DNA of 64,000 bases from Octopus vulgaris (GCA_951406725.2 OX597821.1:62496001-62560000); one strand, 5' to 3'. Shown: positions 25,666 through 41,800, numbered from the stretch's first letter. Made by a program: numbers and translations. Notes: generated by a model from the letters alone, not told the origin.

Positions 25666-27723
25666 AAAATATACAAATAGCATGCTTACTATACTATTTT
25701 AAAGAACTGAATTTTGTACTATTTGACTAGATTTTGTTTTTCTCAGGTAGTGATTACTTAAATTTCAAATGTTTCAGTTTTGTCAGTTGTCTTATGAGGA
25801 CAACCTAGAAATGTTTAAATCATACGCATTTTCCTTCTGTCAGTAAAATACAAAATGAAAACGTATATCACTTACTAATAGCGTTAATGAATGCTAGGGT
25901 AAGACTAACTTGATTCTTTACGAGAAACATTCGAAGCAATGATTGCTTTTTCATTCAAACTCTCAAATTATATCAAGGATTTAAATAGGATAGGTGACAT
26001 AGATAGTTTTGTTACATGGCGTAACATATGTGTATATACCTTAGCTTACAAAAACATATATAGGTAATGTATTGGAACAAATAAGCTTTCTGTAAATTCA
26101 ACATATAATAGGAAAATGATAACACGATACATTATTTGGGCAGCAACCATGAAACAATGAGATGTGTTGCAGAAATAGCCTCTAGGGTAGTCAGAAAAAA
26201 AAAACAACTGGAGACCAAAGATAATGCAGGAGAGAAAAAAAAGTAGGTTTTCATATAGGTGTGCGCATGGAAAACCTTCCAAGACGATCGTATGTGATAT
26301 GTCTGCTTATAAAATAGATGATAGAGAATGGAATCTAGGACATGCCTTAAAGTAATCTAGATAATAAGTAATATAAACTATTGAAAAGAAATTCATTTTG
26401 AGGCAATCTGGCATATCTGGCGTATTGGTTTTAATGCTTCCGATCACCTACAAGGAAATGGTTCAGATTTTATCCAGCATCAGTAAGATTATCAAAATGA
26501 CAACCCATCTGAACACAATTATTTTTTCTTAGACTGTTGAGAAATAATTTATTTTTACTAAAACTGAATATAATACTCTAAACCTACGATCACATATTTA
26601 TAAATATCGCGTGTATCTGTAGAATATTGTGAAGCGTTATTTAGAATATCCGTGAAGTTGCTGTGTGATATAAACATTAACTCCCCTTCTTCTTCTTCCC
26701 TCTTTTTTTCCTCATCAACATAATAAATGCCATCATGCTTTCTGATTTTAAATCAAGAAGAACTGCAGTTTTTATCTCATCCCATTATAAATTGCCCCAA
26801 CCTAGTTCCATAACTAATTTCAGATTAAGCTTAAGAATATTAATATTTTAGAGTGTTGGTTTTGTCCTTTTAACATAATTTCGGTTAGTTCGCTCAGCAA
26901 TAGCTGAAATATAAAAGCAAACGAGTTGGTGTGGGAATAGTTTAGCTGCAAGATAACATTTTTTAATTCGGCAAATGAATAACATGATTTACGAGATAAT
27001 TTTACTGGTGTTTTTTTTTATATATATATTCAGTTATTCCTGTATTTCTTTATTCCCATTCTTATAGATTAGAGCTGCAATGATAAAAAGAAATGATTCT
27101 GAAGCTAGCAGTTCAAAGGCCTATGATAACACTAATATATGGAATCACTATATCTAAACAGTTTACGTTTTTAATGAAAAACAGCACATTTCTAGAAGGA
27201 AAAGAAATTATCATTTGCTCAACCGAATTAGTGATTAACGTATAGACATTTTCATAAGCCAAAATACACAAAATAGGAATGTGTATACGCGCATGCATAG
27301 GATTTATGCATGTATATATATATATACATCTATATGTGTGTGTGCCTGTGTGTCAGTGTCTATGTGTTTGTAATGTGTCTGCCAGCGTGTTTTCATCCTA
27401 TCTAAGAAGTACGTTTGTAGCATTATAATCATTTGAAGTTCCTTTTCAGAGAGAAAAAAAAATTCTGAATTCTATGATTGAAAAATATTTTTCCTATGTT
27501 CATCAAAATTCGTTGATATTATTAGTTTTCCCTCAAAGTGTTACCGCCAAAGATCGAATGATGAAAAATAACTAGAATATCATACCGCATGCACACAATT
27601 AATGATATATCAGCAGGGGAAATGTTTCAAGTGCCATCTTTTGGTTCGAGTAAAAATGAAAATGTTAAAGCCATGGCTGTAATTAAATAATTTATATACA
27701 TATATATATATACATATATTTCT

Positions 27724-27986
27724 GGTGGCACATGGCCTAGTGTTTAAAGCAGCGGACTCGCGGTCGAGGGATCGCGGGTTTGAATTTTACACCAGGTCAT
27801 GCGTGTGTTTATGAACCAAACACCTAAGCCCCACGTGGCTCCGGCATAAGGTAATTGCGACCTTCTGCTGACTCCTTCTGTCACTCTTTCGCCCTGCATC
27901 TAGCAGCTCACCTGTGTGGGACTGGTGTGAGGAAACTATATGCCCAATGAAACCGGCAATCCGGTCTTTGGGAGCCAGGCACAACA
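27724..27986 (+). mobile_element. tRNA-derived SINE family D (tail type 2)
   Basis: ggcacatggcctagtg..agcagcggactcgcggtcg...gggtttgaat; homologous to 48663-48947. Confidence 0.85.
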
Positions 27987-28594
27987 GAATATCTATTTCT
28001 GGAAAAGAATTACTGATAAACGTGGTATTTCCTTGGACAAATAAAAATAGATACTAACATTAGAGTATTTCTGTATAGCATTTTCCATGCCTTGTAAGAT
28101 CAACCTCAATTAATCTTTAACTAATTGCAGTCAATGTCAAGAAATAATTGACATATCAACAAAACCATTTTACTCAGAAATACACACTGACAGACAAACA
28201 GAGAATTATGATGCATCTATATATAATATTATGTTTACTAGTACTTATGAATATATATGAGTAAGTAAGTATAGCCAATAAGATAATTACATCGGAGTAA
28301 TCATTCTTTTTCCGCGCTCCCGACATCGCTGTCTTTTCTCATCGTTTACATGACGCGACAATTTGAATACGATTTGACCCGATAATCCGATAATGCAACG
28401 AATTATTCATTTCTCGACATACACAAAAGAAACTGTCACAGTCCCTTTGTTGAGTCCATTGATTATTTTCCTATCTGCTACTTTTATCTCTTTCTCGTTT
28501 TATACACACACACACACACACACACACACGTACTCACACACACTCACCCATATAAACGTGTATCTATATACATACGCACTCATATATATGTATG

Positions 28595-28635
<41 letters not shown>

Positions 28636-28754
28636 ATGTATATATATATATATATATATTCATATACATATGCATATCATATATAAGGGTACATATGTAT
28701 ACATTCTTGTGTTTATGTACGCACTTACTTATATACATACATACATATATGTAT

Positions 28755-28821
<67 letters not shown>

Positions 28822-29079
28822 TGCATACATACATGCATACATAAACACATACACGTACGTATGTATATGTATAAATGAAGGTGCGTGCGCGAATGTTTGC
28901 ATGTATTTCCGTTTCTGTAATGGTTTTTGTGTAATAATGTGTCTGCGTAGGAATATTCGCCATGTGCATCAGTGCATATATTTCCGACTACTTGAAAGCA
29001 AACCATTCTATTCCTGTGTCAAGTTTACATTAAGTTAATTGAATTAGATTAGTCTGAAGAAATATCAAATGATATGTTC

Positions 29080-29530
29080 TCTAGCTGATATCATAATTTC
29101 ATTTAACCGAAGTGTTATAATACAGCGTTGGACATTATTGCTGTGAGAAGGAGTTGGATTTCTGTTAGCAAATCTGAAAGAGAGATGTATGAACACCATG
29201 ACTGTGCATAACAAATGATAGAATGTACAGAACCATTCAGCTAAGTTGTATTCCATGCTGTGTATAAGATGGGTTCCGCGCCGTATATATTTGGATCAAT
29301 TTTCTAATTCTAGGTAAAGCTATTGCATTCCATCAGAAAAGGTGGCTGATTGGGTATTCATTTCGGCCTCATTGCACGTTATCAGTAGCATGTACGAAAG
29401 CCAACTGTATTTGAAGAAGAAATCTCCCATATATCGCCGGCAACACATTTTCTCTTAACATGACGTTGGCTCTAAGAAGACGCCAATGAAACAGAAATGC
29501 GTTTAGCACTGCCAGTAGTCCCTGCAAGGA
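29080..29530 (-). pseudogene. Possible decayed cadherin/protocadherin ectodomain fragment
   Basis: Minus strand reads ...LRENVLP...LAFVHATDNVQ*GRN...EYNL, resembling the cadherin EC motifs xEN, AxDxDxGxN and YxL; stops and frameshifts present. Confidence 0.3.
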
Positions 29531-31417
29531 CGATTTTCGTTTCCTTCAGATATATATTTTTTTAATTTCCAAGCGCAATACATCCATATAAGATGTTATC
29601 ACACCGCAATCATGTTACTAATGATACACGAATATAATCATATGCTACCTTTGTTGTGTGGAGGTGTATATGTCATTGTGTAATTGTGTGTGTGTGTGAG
29701 TGTGTCTGTATACATGCATATATACTGACATACATAAAAACACACACATATATATAGACATTCATACATGCACACGTATGAACACATACATACACATATA
29801 TATCTATAGTCTGTGATTTAGAGTGACGGAGGATACGTGAATAAAATTATGTATTCTTAATGAAAGTAACAAATGCATAAAGGATATGAAAAATAAATGA
29901 GAGGTAAGGTTTTCTAAGTATGACTAAAAAGAACTCTGAGACTTATGCTATGAAATATTTTGCAACAAATAACAATATACCATGTCTCACAATACATATT
30001 CAAGTTCCTTTCTTTTATAAGTGCGAATATTCTCATGTTCCTTTGAACATATCTATAAGTGCGACATAAATTTATCATTCATATTTTTGAGTGTCGGGGA
30101 TCAGTCTTTTAAATCATATTATATATATCTTCCAATAACAGTAGTCTTGTTATGAACTTTGTTAAATATTTCAACGTCTCGTCCAATTACTTTGCATACG
30201 GTAAAGATTCAATATATTTGAGGAAAATGCAACAGTTTGAAATGAAATGAAAAACTTGTACGAAAAATGCGAAAGGCTACAAATTATTCGTGTGCCATGC
30301 ATGTGCCACAGAATAATTTTAAACCAATCAACTGAAAGTCAGAGTAATTCGGATCAATAAAATAGTTTTGCTGTTGTTCTACCTTAAGATCATCCTTATA
30401 AAATATAATTATGGTGAGAATCCTTCACCTTTGACCGGTGTGAATATATCAACGAATATATTGGGCACATGTCCTGCCTTTCTTTTTCAAGGGTTAAAAT
30501 GTGATATTTGGGCTGGAAGGTTGACTGCTATTTTCAGCACAATCTTTAAACTTTAAAGGCATCCACGCTCGATATCGTTGGTGGTGCTATTTTGTCAAAT
30601 ACTAAATATGATTGAACATATCTATGACTAAAAACGTTCCAACGCTGTCCATCGCATGTTAATATCAAGCTTAACATATTTAACACCACTTGATCTTATG
30701 TCACATATTTTAAACATACTGCAGTGTGATTTCGGTGTGTATATGCCCGTATTGCTAGCAGTTATAGCGACCATGCAGAGGCTTTTTCTCTGTCTCACTC
30801 ATCATTTACTTATCATTAGAAGGATCGTAGTTATCCGGCCTATACAATATATTGATTTATACCAATGTTAATAATCAATATTCTTATAATATATCTAGCA
30901 GAATTGCGGTGGTTGTAAACTTGTATTTTTACTACAGAACAAGGAAATATATATTTTTATATTAAGATGTAATTTTCACGTTAAAGTAAATTTATGGCGT
31001 TTCGTTCATTAACCAATCGTTTTGTTGTGATTCCTCAATGATAACAGACATTCATTTCATACTTATGTATATCTATATACATTAAAACATGAACCAAATT
31101 TAGAAAAATACCAAATATTCAAATTGTGGAACAAATCGATGAACAAGCAAGCTGTACGTCATCTTAACAATTGTCTACTCATGATTCCGTTAATGAGAAT
31201 CGCTACAAGTCTTTCCCTGCGAAGTAAAAATCAATGAAAAATCTTGTCTTACGACAAATATTGAGCATATCAAAGGCAACATAACAATAACCATTAGGAA
31301 ATACACATAACCGACCATTCGGCCATCGTGTGCAGACAAGCGTAGAGAGATATTAAGAAGAACGATATGAACAGTATACATAAACGTTTATGTACTCAAA
31401 CACACACAGACACGCAC

Positions 31418-31436
31418 ACACCTATATATCTATCTA

Positions 31437-31505
<69 letters not shown>
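31418..31505. repeat. (TATC)n microsatellite
   Basis: Directly visible. Confidence 0.95.
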
Positions 31506-31765
31506 GTGTATATGTGTATGTGTGTGTACACTCACACATACACACACATATATACATTGCCTAGATAGATAGATATTTATGCATGTATATATAAATATAT
31601 GCGTGTGAGTATGTAAGTGTTTATGTGTAGGTATATATACACATATGTTTATATATATGTATTTGAGTTCACGAAGACACATAATTTACATGAAATATAA
31701 ACTGAATAAAAATGATAAATGTTAAATGCTGGAGAAATCATTTTGTTTTCTATATTAATATATAT

Positions 31766-31808
<43 letters not shown>

Positions 31809-31906
31809 TATATATATATGTATATGTATATATATATATACATGTAGACTCACACACACATATGTATATATGTACAAGTGTGTTTGTGTATATATATATA
31901 TATATA

Positions 31907-32108
31907 GTTAATCCAAACATGAAAACACCAAGAGAAAACACAACTCGAGGACGTGAAACAAATATAGTATTATTGGACGCTCAGGAAGGAAGAGAAGAAG
32001 GAGGGCTTAACGTTTCGAGCGGAGCTCTTCGTCAGAAACATAGGGAAAGGAAAGATCCAGAGAAGGAAAGAAGGAGGAAAAAAAATCGCCAATGGTACAT
32101 ACGCGGTC
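31907..32108 (-). mobile_element. ~200-bp non-autonomous PLE-like element with HHR
   Basis: Co-terminal homolog of 5113-5316, adjacent to (TA)n. Confidence 0.72.
32005..32039 (-). ncRNA. Minimal (dimer-type) hammerhead ribozyme
   Basis: GUUU-CUGACGA-A-GAGC-UCC-GCUC-GAAAC-GUU-AAGC: 4-bp stem I, 4-bp stem II, loop-less palindromic AACGUU stem III. Confidence 0.65.
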
Positions 32109-32899
32109 ATCATTGTATATACATACATGCATACACACACACACACACACATATACACACATACACACATACTCACACACATATACGCTACCTAGTAGAA
32201 GTGAGCTAAAAGGGAAATCTCAGTTATATTAATCTTTGATTTGTTTAAATGTCTTACGTTTTCGGAAGGTTACTTAGAGCTGAAAATGAGAACAAAATAA
32301 ACATGATATTGAGAGTACAACTGATTGATATCCTGAAGAGAATAAAAAACATTTGTGAACACGTGTTTCTGTTTAACAGGTATCATCAGTACAGCTTGTT
32401 TCTGTTCAACAGGTATCGCTTGAACAGCGCATAGCCTACATTAAGTGACTGTTCAATTAAACATAGCTGACTATTCACTTACATACATACCTATGTACGT
32501 GTCTATGTGTCTCTTCAGCTGCAGATAAGTTAGGTCACCTGCTACTCTAGAGACACCTATTGCTGTACAAATTCGTACTCTTAACTCTCGTCTTTTCTAC
32601 AGTTCGTCCTTTGCTTAGTGGCATATCGGTCACGGTGAGTTGAAATTCTCATGATTATCTCCCCTTCTCTTTGGATGTTGAATCCAACTAAAGGATGTAC
32701 CCTCTCTGGAAGCAGGTATTATTGTAATAAATCACGTATTTCTCGTGTAAATTATTTAATATGTTTCGTGTAAATTATTTAATTTCTCGTGTAAATTAAT
32801 ATAATTTATTTATATATATGTATCTGTAGATAAAAGTTTCAAATCACAAAAATGTTACACATCAACCTAATGGGTTATACGTTAAGTAGTAATTTGTTT

Positions 32900-33003
32900 T
32901 ATAATGGTATACACTGATCACTTATATCTAATTATCATGGTATACACTGATCACTTATATCTAATTATAAGTATACTACACTGATCACTTACAGCTAATT
33001 ATA
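32900..33003. repeat. ~36-bp tandem repeat, 3 units
   Basis: tacactgatcacttatatctaattat repeated three times. Confidence 0.85.
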
Positions 33004-35221
33004 AGGAATGATGTCAAGATAGACGTTGAAAATGGTAAAGGACGTTATTTCGGCATTTGTAGATTTCATGTAAAATTATACCGATTTTTGTTGACCCTTA
33101 TTTTAATCACGCATTCTCATACTTGAACGATAAGATGTAAGAAAGGTGTTTAAGCCATCACCCTACTTGTTCAAGGTATACAGTTTAAATGTCACTAATG
33201 CATGATTATCATTCCTTTGTAAGGGACAGAGTATGTATAGTGAGTCTTGGCTTATATATTTAGCACTTAATTATTCTTATCAAAGAACTGAATAAGATTT
33301 CAGTAGTATCGATAAACCGTTCAGTAGTATCGATAAAACCGTTCATGATAAACTACCAGTTGCAAGCCCCATGATACTGGAGTCATTTCCTTATGTTTTG
33401 GAAATGTATTTATTGAAAATTGTAGTAAACGAGCCTCAGTCGGATAGGCACTAACCTATGATTTTAGGTGAGAAAACGAACATTAGAGAAATGCATAGCA
33501 GGTGTGTGAGTGTAAGTGAGTGTTTGTGTGTTTCCATGCGTACGTGCGTGCATGCGTGTGTGTTTGTGTGTTTCCATGCGTACGTGCATGCATGCGTGTG
33601 TGTGTATAAATCCTCAAATTGTGATTCTAAAATTTATTTTGTTTTACATTTTAAATTCTAATTCTGCTCTAATTTTTTCATTAAGGAAAATTAAGTAGAA
33701 TCGTAGAATATTGAAGATATTTTCTTTACTATATGGTTCTGTATTATACGATTTAATGTCTTCTCTATTATATGGTTTAACGTTTGAGAGTGGATGGTTA
33801 AATATTGTTTTCTTCATGTTATGTTATTGCGATCGATTTTCGAGATATTGACAGTGAGTGGAATAGTTAATTCCTTTCAGGATTATTGGTGGGAATGTTA
33901 GGAAAATTAATAATCAGAATAGTGCTTGCTTACTGTAGCGTTTCTTAAAGAATATATGCATTTTCTCTTCAATAGGTTAGTTAGAGTAATGTGTATTGAC
34001 CAAAATCCACTTTATGCAACAAATTTCGATATTTAGGACGTCAGAAGCGGAACTTATAATGAAAAGCTTCTTAATGATTGCTTAAAATACTGCTATGTTA
34101 AATCTCAGTAGAATATCAATTATATTTTATTCCCTCCATGCTTTCATTAGATGAAATGATGTTTATAGCACTCGTATTCCTTTACTGGATTCAGTGACTG
34201 GACAGCAACGGTGCAAAAGCAAAGATTTGGAGTGTTTTATTCAATTCCATCGGCTCCAGTACATAGGATGGAAGTAAACTAATCGATTGCTCTTTCTTGA
34301 ATAGCTTACACACATACAGAAATACACACACATACATGTATACATATGTGTGTGTGTGCGTGCGTGTGTCTGTATGTATGTACATATAAGTGTATCCTCC
34401 AACTTACATCGAAGGAAAACTTATAGCATGAAATGGTAACATTACACTAACTACAGAGCCACGAGATTAGCATAAGCGAAACCGGTTGGCTCCGTAAATA
34501 TATTTCCTACATACATACATACATATATACATACATACATACATACATACATACAAGCTACATACATAGATACAGTGGCGTAGGGTGGACTCGGAAACTA
34601 GGGCATGGATTCCACTTCCACACCCACACTGAGGTTGTGGGAGGATTTCTGTGTGTTCCAACCTCTCCCGTTTTCCCTGAAAAGTGTAGTATGATAAGAT
34701 TTGATATATGGGGAATGTGTAAATGAAAATAGTCCCCCACCCGATGCACCGTTTTGAAATAGTCAGACACGAGAAACGTACATACATATATTTCCAAAAT
34801 ATTTACAGGAATTCCATGATTAGTGCGCGTCAGGTTTTTGAGCCTGCTCCTTAATATAAGCGGTGTCAAATTTGATTAGCTCGTTTCAACAAGCGTTTGT
34901 TTTTTTTTTCTTTGCGCAAACTCTTTGAAGCATCTCATCTGCAGTTCAGCCCCAATCTTTCATGCATGAAGTCGCATGCCATACCTACTACTGCTTAACT
35001 ATTATATTCAAAATAAATTGACAAAACTCATTGCAGTTCTACCAAAAGTCGTGTATTAGTCCGAATTTTTTCTTTTTCAATGAGCTTATAGAAAAAATCT
35101 AGACCCGCCTCTTTTCATGAAAATTATTATCGAATAAAAAATACTTTATACCTATTAATTATTGCTCAAAAACTTTGATACGGAAACATTCCCAGCAATA
35201 AAATCATATCCATATTGAGAC

Positions 35222-35410
35222 AAAAGCTGGCAGAGTTGTTAGCATGTCGGAGGGGACGCTTTGCAGTATTTCGCCCGCGCTTGCGCTCTGAGTTGAAAGA
35301 CCACCGGGGTCGACTTTGCTTTTCATCCGATAGAGGTCGATAGATTAAGTACCAGATAAGCACTGAGGTCGATGTAATCGACTAGAGCCATTCCCCAAAA
35401 ATTTCAACCC
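35222..35410 (+). mobile_element. SINE family B, diverged
   Basis: agctggcaga.ttgttagca...gtcgactttgcttttcatcc...gtcgatagattaagtacca. Confidence 0.8.
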
Positions 35411-37010
35411 ATTTGTTCGCTGCATTAGCAAGGAATATCATAGTGAACCATACTTATTTTTCAAGAACATTTTATATAGAAACAAAATCAGAAAAAAAAA
35501 ATTTAAAGAGGATATGTGTGTTTTTCAGTGGAATCTTTTTTGGAAGCTTTTTTGGAATCTTTTTTGGAAGCTGATTTAAAAGATCATTCTAATTATATTT
35601 TTTGCAATTTATAGTTATAACTTTTTTCTAAGATAAAACAGATGTACACGAATTTTGAAGGTTCCTTACCGCTTCCTTGATTTTTAAAATAGTATCTTGT
35701 GTCTCACTCTAATGAAAATAAAACATACAAGTTAAAGTAAATTTTGAGATGAACAGTGGTAGAGGTTGACGGCAAATTCGTCGATCACTTTGGTAAAAAA
35801 TCTTAGGGGGTGCAAGTGCATCCCTACACCTCCTGTTCCCCGCCCCTTGATCAAGTGTTTAGTTTCTTAGACATTATTGGAAGTGTGGACCTGAAACCAT
35901 GTAGTTAGGAAGCAAACTCCTTACCATACACGCTAACTATCTAAATCGATTTAACCAAAGGAGAGGGTATTTTTGATCCCTTCTTAAGACTTGAATTCAG
36001 TCATGTGATTCCAGAGTTTTCTTGATTATTTCACACAGCTTCTTTTCGTCTTTCTATTAAACACTCACCCGTTTATTTTGCCTCTCTTTTGACACCCGTT
36101 TCTCGAAGAGAAAAATAAAATACGAAGAGACTAATACCATTGCTCTTGCTGAATATAACTGAAAATAAGAAGAAAAATTCGCCTTTCTCTCTGTTGATCA
36201 CTCACTTATTTGTTTTGTATTTATTGTTGATGCTCCCTCCTCAAACGAACAGGAAAGCAATTAATTCACAGCTTTTCCTTCTTTTCTTGCAAAGCAAACT
36301 GGAGCTTTCGCTACTTACACTTGTTAAATAATATCGATCGTTTACAATTTAGGCTAAGAAATGAAGGAATGCGAAATAAATGTAAATATGGCTGCAATGA
36401 ATGTAGTGAAAATTATTAATAATCAATTATATATTACACAAATAATAAGGCATTCAGTGCATGCATTACATACACAGACACAAACAATGTTCCTAATACA
36501 ATTAAATAGGCACAAGGGTTTGAGCCATTTAGGTAGAGATACAGTACATATGGTGACTTTTGCCTGGTGGCTTTTCGTATTAGTTTCCACAATATTTCAT
36601 TGAAATAACTTTTTTCCAAATTCTAAATGTCCCTGATGATGGAAGAAATTTTATAGTCATCGTCTATCATGATGACCACTAATTTTCTCCGGTCTTTGAG
36701 CTTTATCATAACTTTGGTATTTGAGTTCAAAGCATTAGTTTACATGCCGTGCTATACAGTGTAACTGCATGGAGGTTTCTGTTACCTTATATTCTCGCTC
36801 TTTCACTCCGTCTCTCCATTTGTATGTATGTATGTATGTATGTATGTATGTATGTATGTATGTATGTATGTATGTATGTATGTATGTATGTGTGTATGTA
36901 TGTGTGTGTGTGTGTTGTGTGTATATGTGTCTGTGAGACCTGCGTCTGTGTACATGCATGCTTAGGCAATTGTATGCACATGAATTTTGTAAATAGCATG
37001 CAAATAATAT

Positions 37011-37397
37011 GGAAAGTTGCTGTGTGGTAAGTAGCTTGCTTACGAACCACATGTTTCCGGGTTCAGTCCCACTGCGTGGCATATTGGACTTCTACTATAA
37101 CCTCGGGCCCACCAAATCCTTGTGAGGGGATTTGGTAGACGGAAACTGAAAGAAGCCTGTCGTATATGTGTATATATATGTATGGGTGTATATGTTTGTG
37201 TGTCTGTGTTTGTCCCCCCAACATCGCTTGACAACCGATGCTGGTGTGTTTACGTCATCGTAACTTAGCAGTTCGGCAAAAGAGACCGATGGAATAAGTA
37301 CTAGTCTTCCAAAGAATAAGTCCCGGGGTCGATTTGCTCGACTAAAGGTGGTGCTCCAGCTTGGCCGCAGTCAAAGACTGAAACAAGTGAAAGAGAG
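37011..37397 (+). mobile_element. SINE family A, near full length
   Basis: Head, short internal TA/TG segment, and 3' half ending gactgaaacaagt. Confidence 0.92.
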
Positions 37398-38813
37398 AAT
37401 GTTAAAATGCCTTGTGCCACTCTCAACTAAAATATTATACATCTGAGTCAGGATAAGTATTTCAGATAATCTTTTCCTTCGGTTATATGGATTAGTTAAA
37501 AAAAAAAAACGTTAAAGTGAATTCACTATGAATTAACCTTAAAAAAGAATTCCCATGCGATCTAAATTTCATTTCCTGTATCTACATTCAGGCAACGGAA
37601 ATTCTCAACTGTGTTTTTGACTCCTAAATTATCAAATCTCATTATTACTTTTATTATACGCACTTCAAATTTCAATGTATCCTATTTTTCCCTACAATGA
37701 TTGATGTATTAAACAATTGCTTGTTCTTCAAAAGACTTTTATGCATATTTTTTCATTTTTATATTTTTATTATTCTTATATACAGCTTCGTGAGTGCGGC
37801 AGCAAATTCATATATATTTCCATGGATGAATTTTCCATTTATATTCAAAGGAGTTATAAACAGTTGTTTTAAAGAGATTACAATGGATTATATGCGCATG
37901 ATTAATCTAGAGCTACGGTAGACATCGTCTCATAGAGAACAGGCAGATTAGAAATATTCTTGCTTTCTGCTAATAATTACATCAAACTAAATTACAGCAA
38001 ATTTTAAAGCAACTTGTTATGGAATACAAATGTTTAAAACTTGTATATTTAAAAGTGTTAACTTAATGCATTATTAATATTTCTAACCAGCATTTATTTA
38101 AATCTTAATTCTTTCTTTTCAATAAACATATGTTTCAGATTGGAAAATTAAATTGCTTCATTATTTGATAATCAAATGAAATATGCAAGGATACATTTTT
38201 TGAAATTTTAATATAAATGTTCACTTTTAGAGATGTTTAATAAAAATAAACACAGCGATGAGATATTAATTAAAATTAACTGCACATTTAATACGATATA
38301 GAATTAAAACCAAGCCTAAAAAAATAAGAAACAGTTGATACATGAAAATGCAGTTTGGAAACTGTTAATTATCTTAAGAAACTGTAAGAAAGTATCCACA
38401 AGAAATGAATAAAGTATATAAAACGACTGTTACTAATGGACACATAAATGTGCGTTAAATCAATTATAACTTACAAAACAATACACACATCATTTGAGAG
38501 ACCTCCACGACAATTTTTGAAATGGTTTCTTAAAATGTAGATCATGCATATAAGTAGATGTATATATTGCTTTATTATATACACTAACGTACAAAAACTA
38601 GAAAGCAGTACATAAAAAACATACATACACACATATCCAACGAACGTGTACATGAAACTCTGAGTAACAGCTTTTGACATATGTCTGCTGCTTTTAATTA
38701 AAGTATATATATATATATATATATATACATAAATATAGACACATAGGTCTCTTTTTCTTCTCTCTCCCCTTCTCTCTCTCTGTGTATGTACACACACACA
38801 CACACATACACAC

Positions 38814-38857
<44 letters not shown>

Positions 38858-41800
38858 ATATTGATACTGGTATGATGTTTATAAATAGGTAAACAGAAAA
38901 GTAAATTAAATTAGGTGAACATCAAATCGTTACTTTAGTTGTATTGTTGTATCTATGAGAAAATGTATGAGACAATGAGTAAATATCTATAATTTGTTAA
39001 ATCCAAAAATATTTATCATTTGGTAGATATAAAATACTGTTTTAAAAATCATATTGATAATAACCATGAAAACGCGATCTGTTTGCTTTTGTCGTTTACT
39101 TTTGAAAGCCATACAAACTATTAGAATCGTTGGATATTATCCACAAATAGTTGTTTCTCTCTCTGACTTTAGAGGCGTGAAGATATATCATGATTGATAA
39201 AGGAACGTAGTTCAATATATTACTGGTAAATGTGTCATAAAATGCCACAGCCATAAAAATCCTTCATGACATTTGTAAGATGAGAAATGCAAAAGAATAA
39301 TGTTGCATACACGAACACACCAGCACACCAACAGATATGACACAATGAGAATAACACTAAGTATAGAGAAATGCTTCTGTGATTAATGATTGATACTTTC
39401 GTTTCAGTTGCTGATAAAATATATCAGGGTGTTTTCAAAGCAATAATGATTTATATGATATGGTAACATTAGCTTGTACATATTCAATGATGTATAATGT
39501 AATTAATAAAAACTCAGTTCCCTTTCTCAATAAACACCCATTTGTCAAAGTAGACGTGTTATTTAATGCGACAATTTACATCGAAATAGGTCGCGAACGG
39601 AATTAATATGTCGTGACAGGAGGCATAAAATCGGACAGCATTCAAATAATTTCCTGGTAAACCCTAACCTGATCGTTGGAGTATTTAACTTCCTCTTATA
39701 ACATGATAAGTCATTTCCTTCAATATATAAACGATAAATTATTCCTCACAAGTTATTTCTCAGCCTGTTTGTTTTACAGTGCGCAATACACTTTTTTTAA
39801 GAATAGACATATCAATGATTGAAAAATGTATGTTGTTTGAATCATAATACCATAAAGTAATTTTAAACACAGAATTACCATTACTTTTATTATTTTGCTA
39901 GCAAAGTGAATTGCTATTTCATAACATAAGCTACGGAAGTCTTCAGATCTTTTTTTTATTCTGTGTTTAAACGAATTGTAAGGACATCGAAAATCGGTGT
40001 AAGGCCTGGGATAAGATCCTCTTACGGACATTACTTTAATGCATTTCGTTAGACTTAAGTAAATTCTAATATTCTGAAAGTAGTGTTCAGCAAACATGAA
40101 TTAATTATGATATTGCTTCGCAGCTATGACAGAAAAATCTTTAACATACATCAGAGCAAAATATATGAGACATTCTGTCTTGAAATTTTCAAAACCAACT
40201 TAGCCTTCTACTGTCAACTCTACGGTTTTTCTTACTAGTATTTCATTATCTCCTTGATTACGCCTTTTCTTGCTATATAATGTTCTCTCGTGTCCAACTT
40301 AACATATCAATTTTTTTCCATCTTCCGAAACATTGGTGTCAATTATGAACATTTTTATAGTAATAAAAAAAACTATCCCTTCCAAATCAAAGTAATATTT
40401 AGACCACATGTTGTTAAGAATATATAAATAGGTCGACATGTTTTGATTGAGTAATACCGTCATTGATTCATTAAATCAAACGTCAAACGAATTTCCAGTT
40501 TATTTTCACGAATTCTTTCTTGTTTATTCACTGTGTAACGTCTAGACAACAAATTACATGCATAGAAGGATGCATCTAAATTAGCTGTTTAATTAATACC
40601 GCCTAGAGCAGTGGCTTATCATCATAGTAGAAAAAGAAACGCTACACAAATATTCTATTAACATGAAAATAGGAAAGTGACGATTCATTAAATCTGTTTC
40701 TTCTTCAAAACACACAATAAAACGTAGAACTTATACTGTTTCATATTTCACTTTCCATTTTGCAATGAATCTTGTTGCGTAAACTGGAGGTATTAAATCT
40801 ATGCTATTACTTTAAGTAAATGTGAAAATGACTTTATATTTCCACTTTATTCGTAGAAGTATAAAATGTAAATAAATCAAGGACTATTTACTAGCAAATG
40901 AGAAAATAACTGTATTTCGATGTTGCCAATTAAAAAATGTGCTGATGAGTGAAATATGTGTTGAGTTTTAAGTGTAATGCATATGAAGCAAATAAATAAG
41001 ATACTTTTGGTACTTTACTCAATCTAACGCTTCTAAATCGAGGACTACTTAAAACAATATCAAGCCAGTTATATGCTTTTATTTCGAAACCGGTGACAGA
41101 TACGAGAATAGAGAATATGTATAAGTTTATGATTTAATTATAACAAAACAAAACAAAAATGTCATTTGATACTAGTTACTGAAAATTGAAGGTTATAGGA
41201 TCCCGGAGTGATTTATATGTATATATGAACGTCTGTAAACGATTGAATATATAATGACAGGGAATGCGTACATTAAGCTCTAACAGCTACTTTTGTTCCG
41301 TTTCATTTCTCTGAAAACCTGTTCTGCTATGTACTACGCTATTTCGTATAATTTTAACATAAATTGTTTCGAATACAGCAAAGTCGCTAAATGTATAAAT
41401 CAAATTATTTTTAGTTATTCAGTCAGTGTTTTGATAAATGTAGTACCTGCAAGATTTGTTCGAATGTATACATTATAAGTTGTACTGTTCTTACAAATCC
41501 GATTAACATGTATAAACGTGTATTGTCTATTTAACTATGTGTTAACTACTACAGTTGTTTATGAATCAATTAACTATCATGGTCATGTAGAAAGACAGAT
41601 TTGGAGGTCGTTGTACACTATTCCCGAATCTTATTTCATGCATCGATAATAACTGTAATTTTTTGCTGCAAATGTCATTATTTTCATCTTATATAAAATA
41701 TATCCACCGTTTCCATATTATTTAAAATAAACATACATGCTCTATATTAGTTATGATATAGATAGTTCACTTAATATTGTTGGACTTTACTGCCGTAGCT

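Noticed and set aside
32735-33345. Short direct repeats as a CRISPR-like array
   Set aside because: Eukaryotic context; only 2-3 adjacent units without unique spacers, so these are local tandem duplications.
34572-35850. cagtggcgtag ... ccccgccccttg as ends of a hAT/Harbinger MITE
   Set aside because: The ends match poorly and no target-site duplication is visible.
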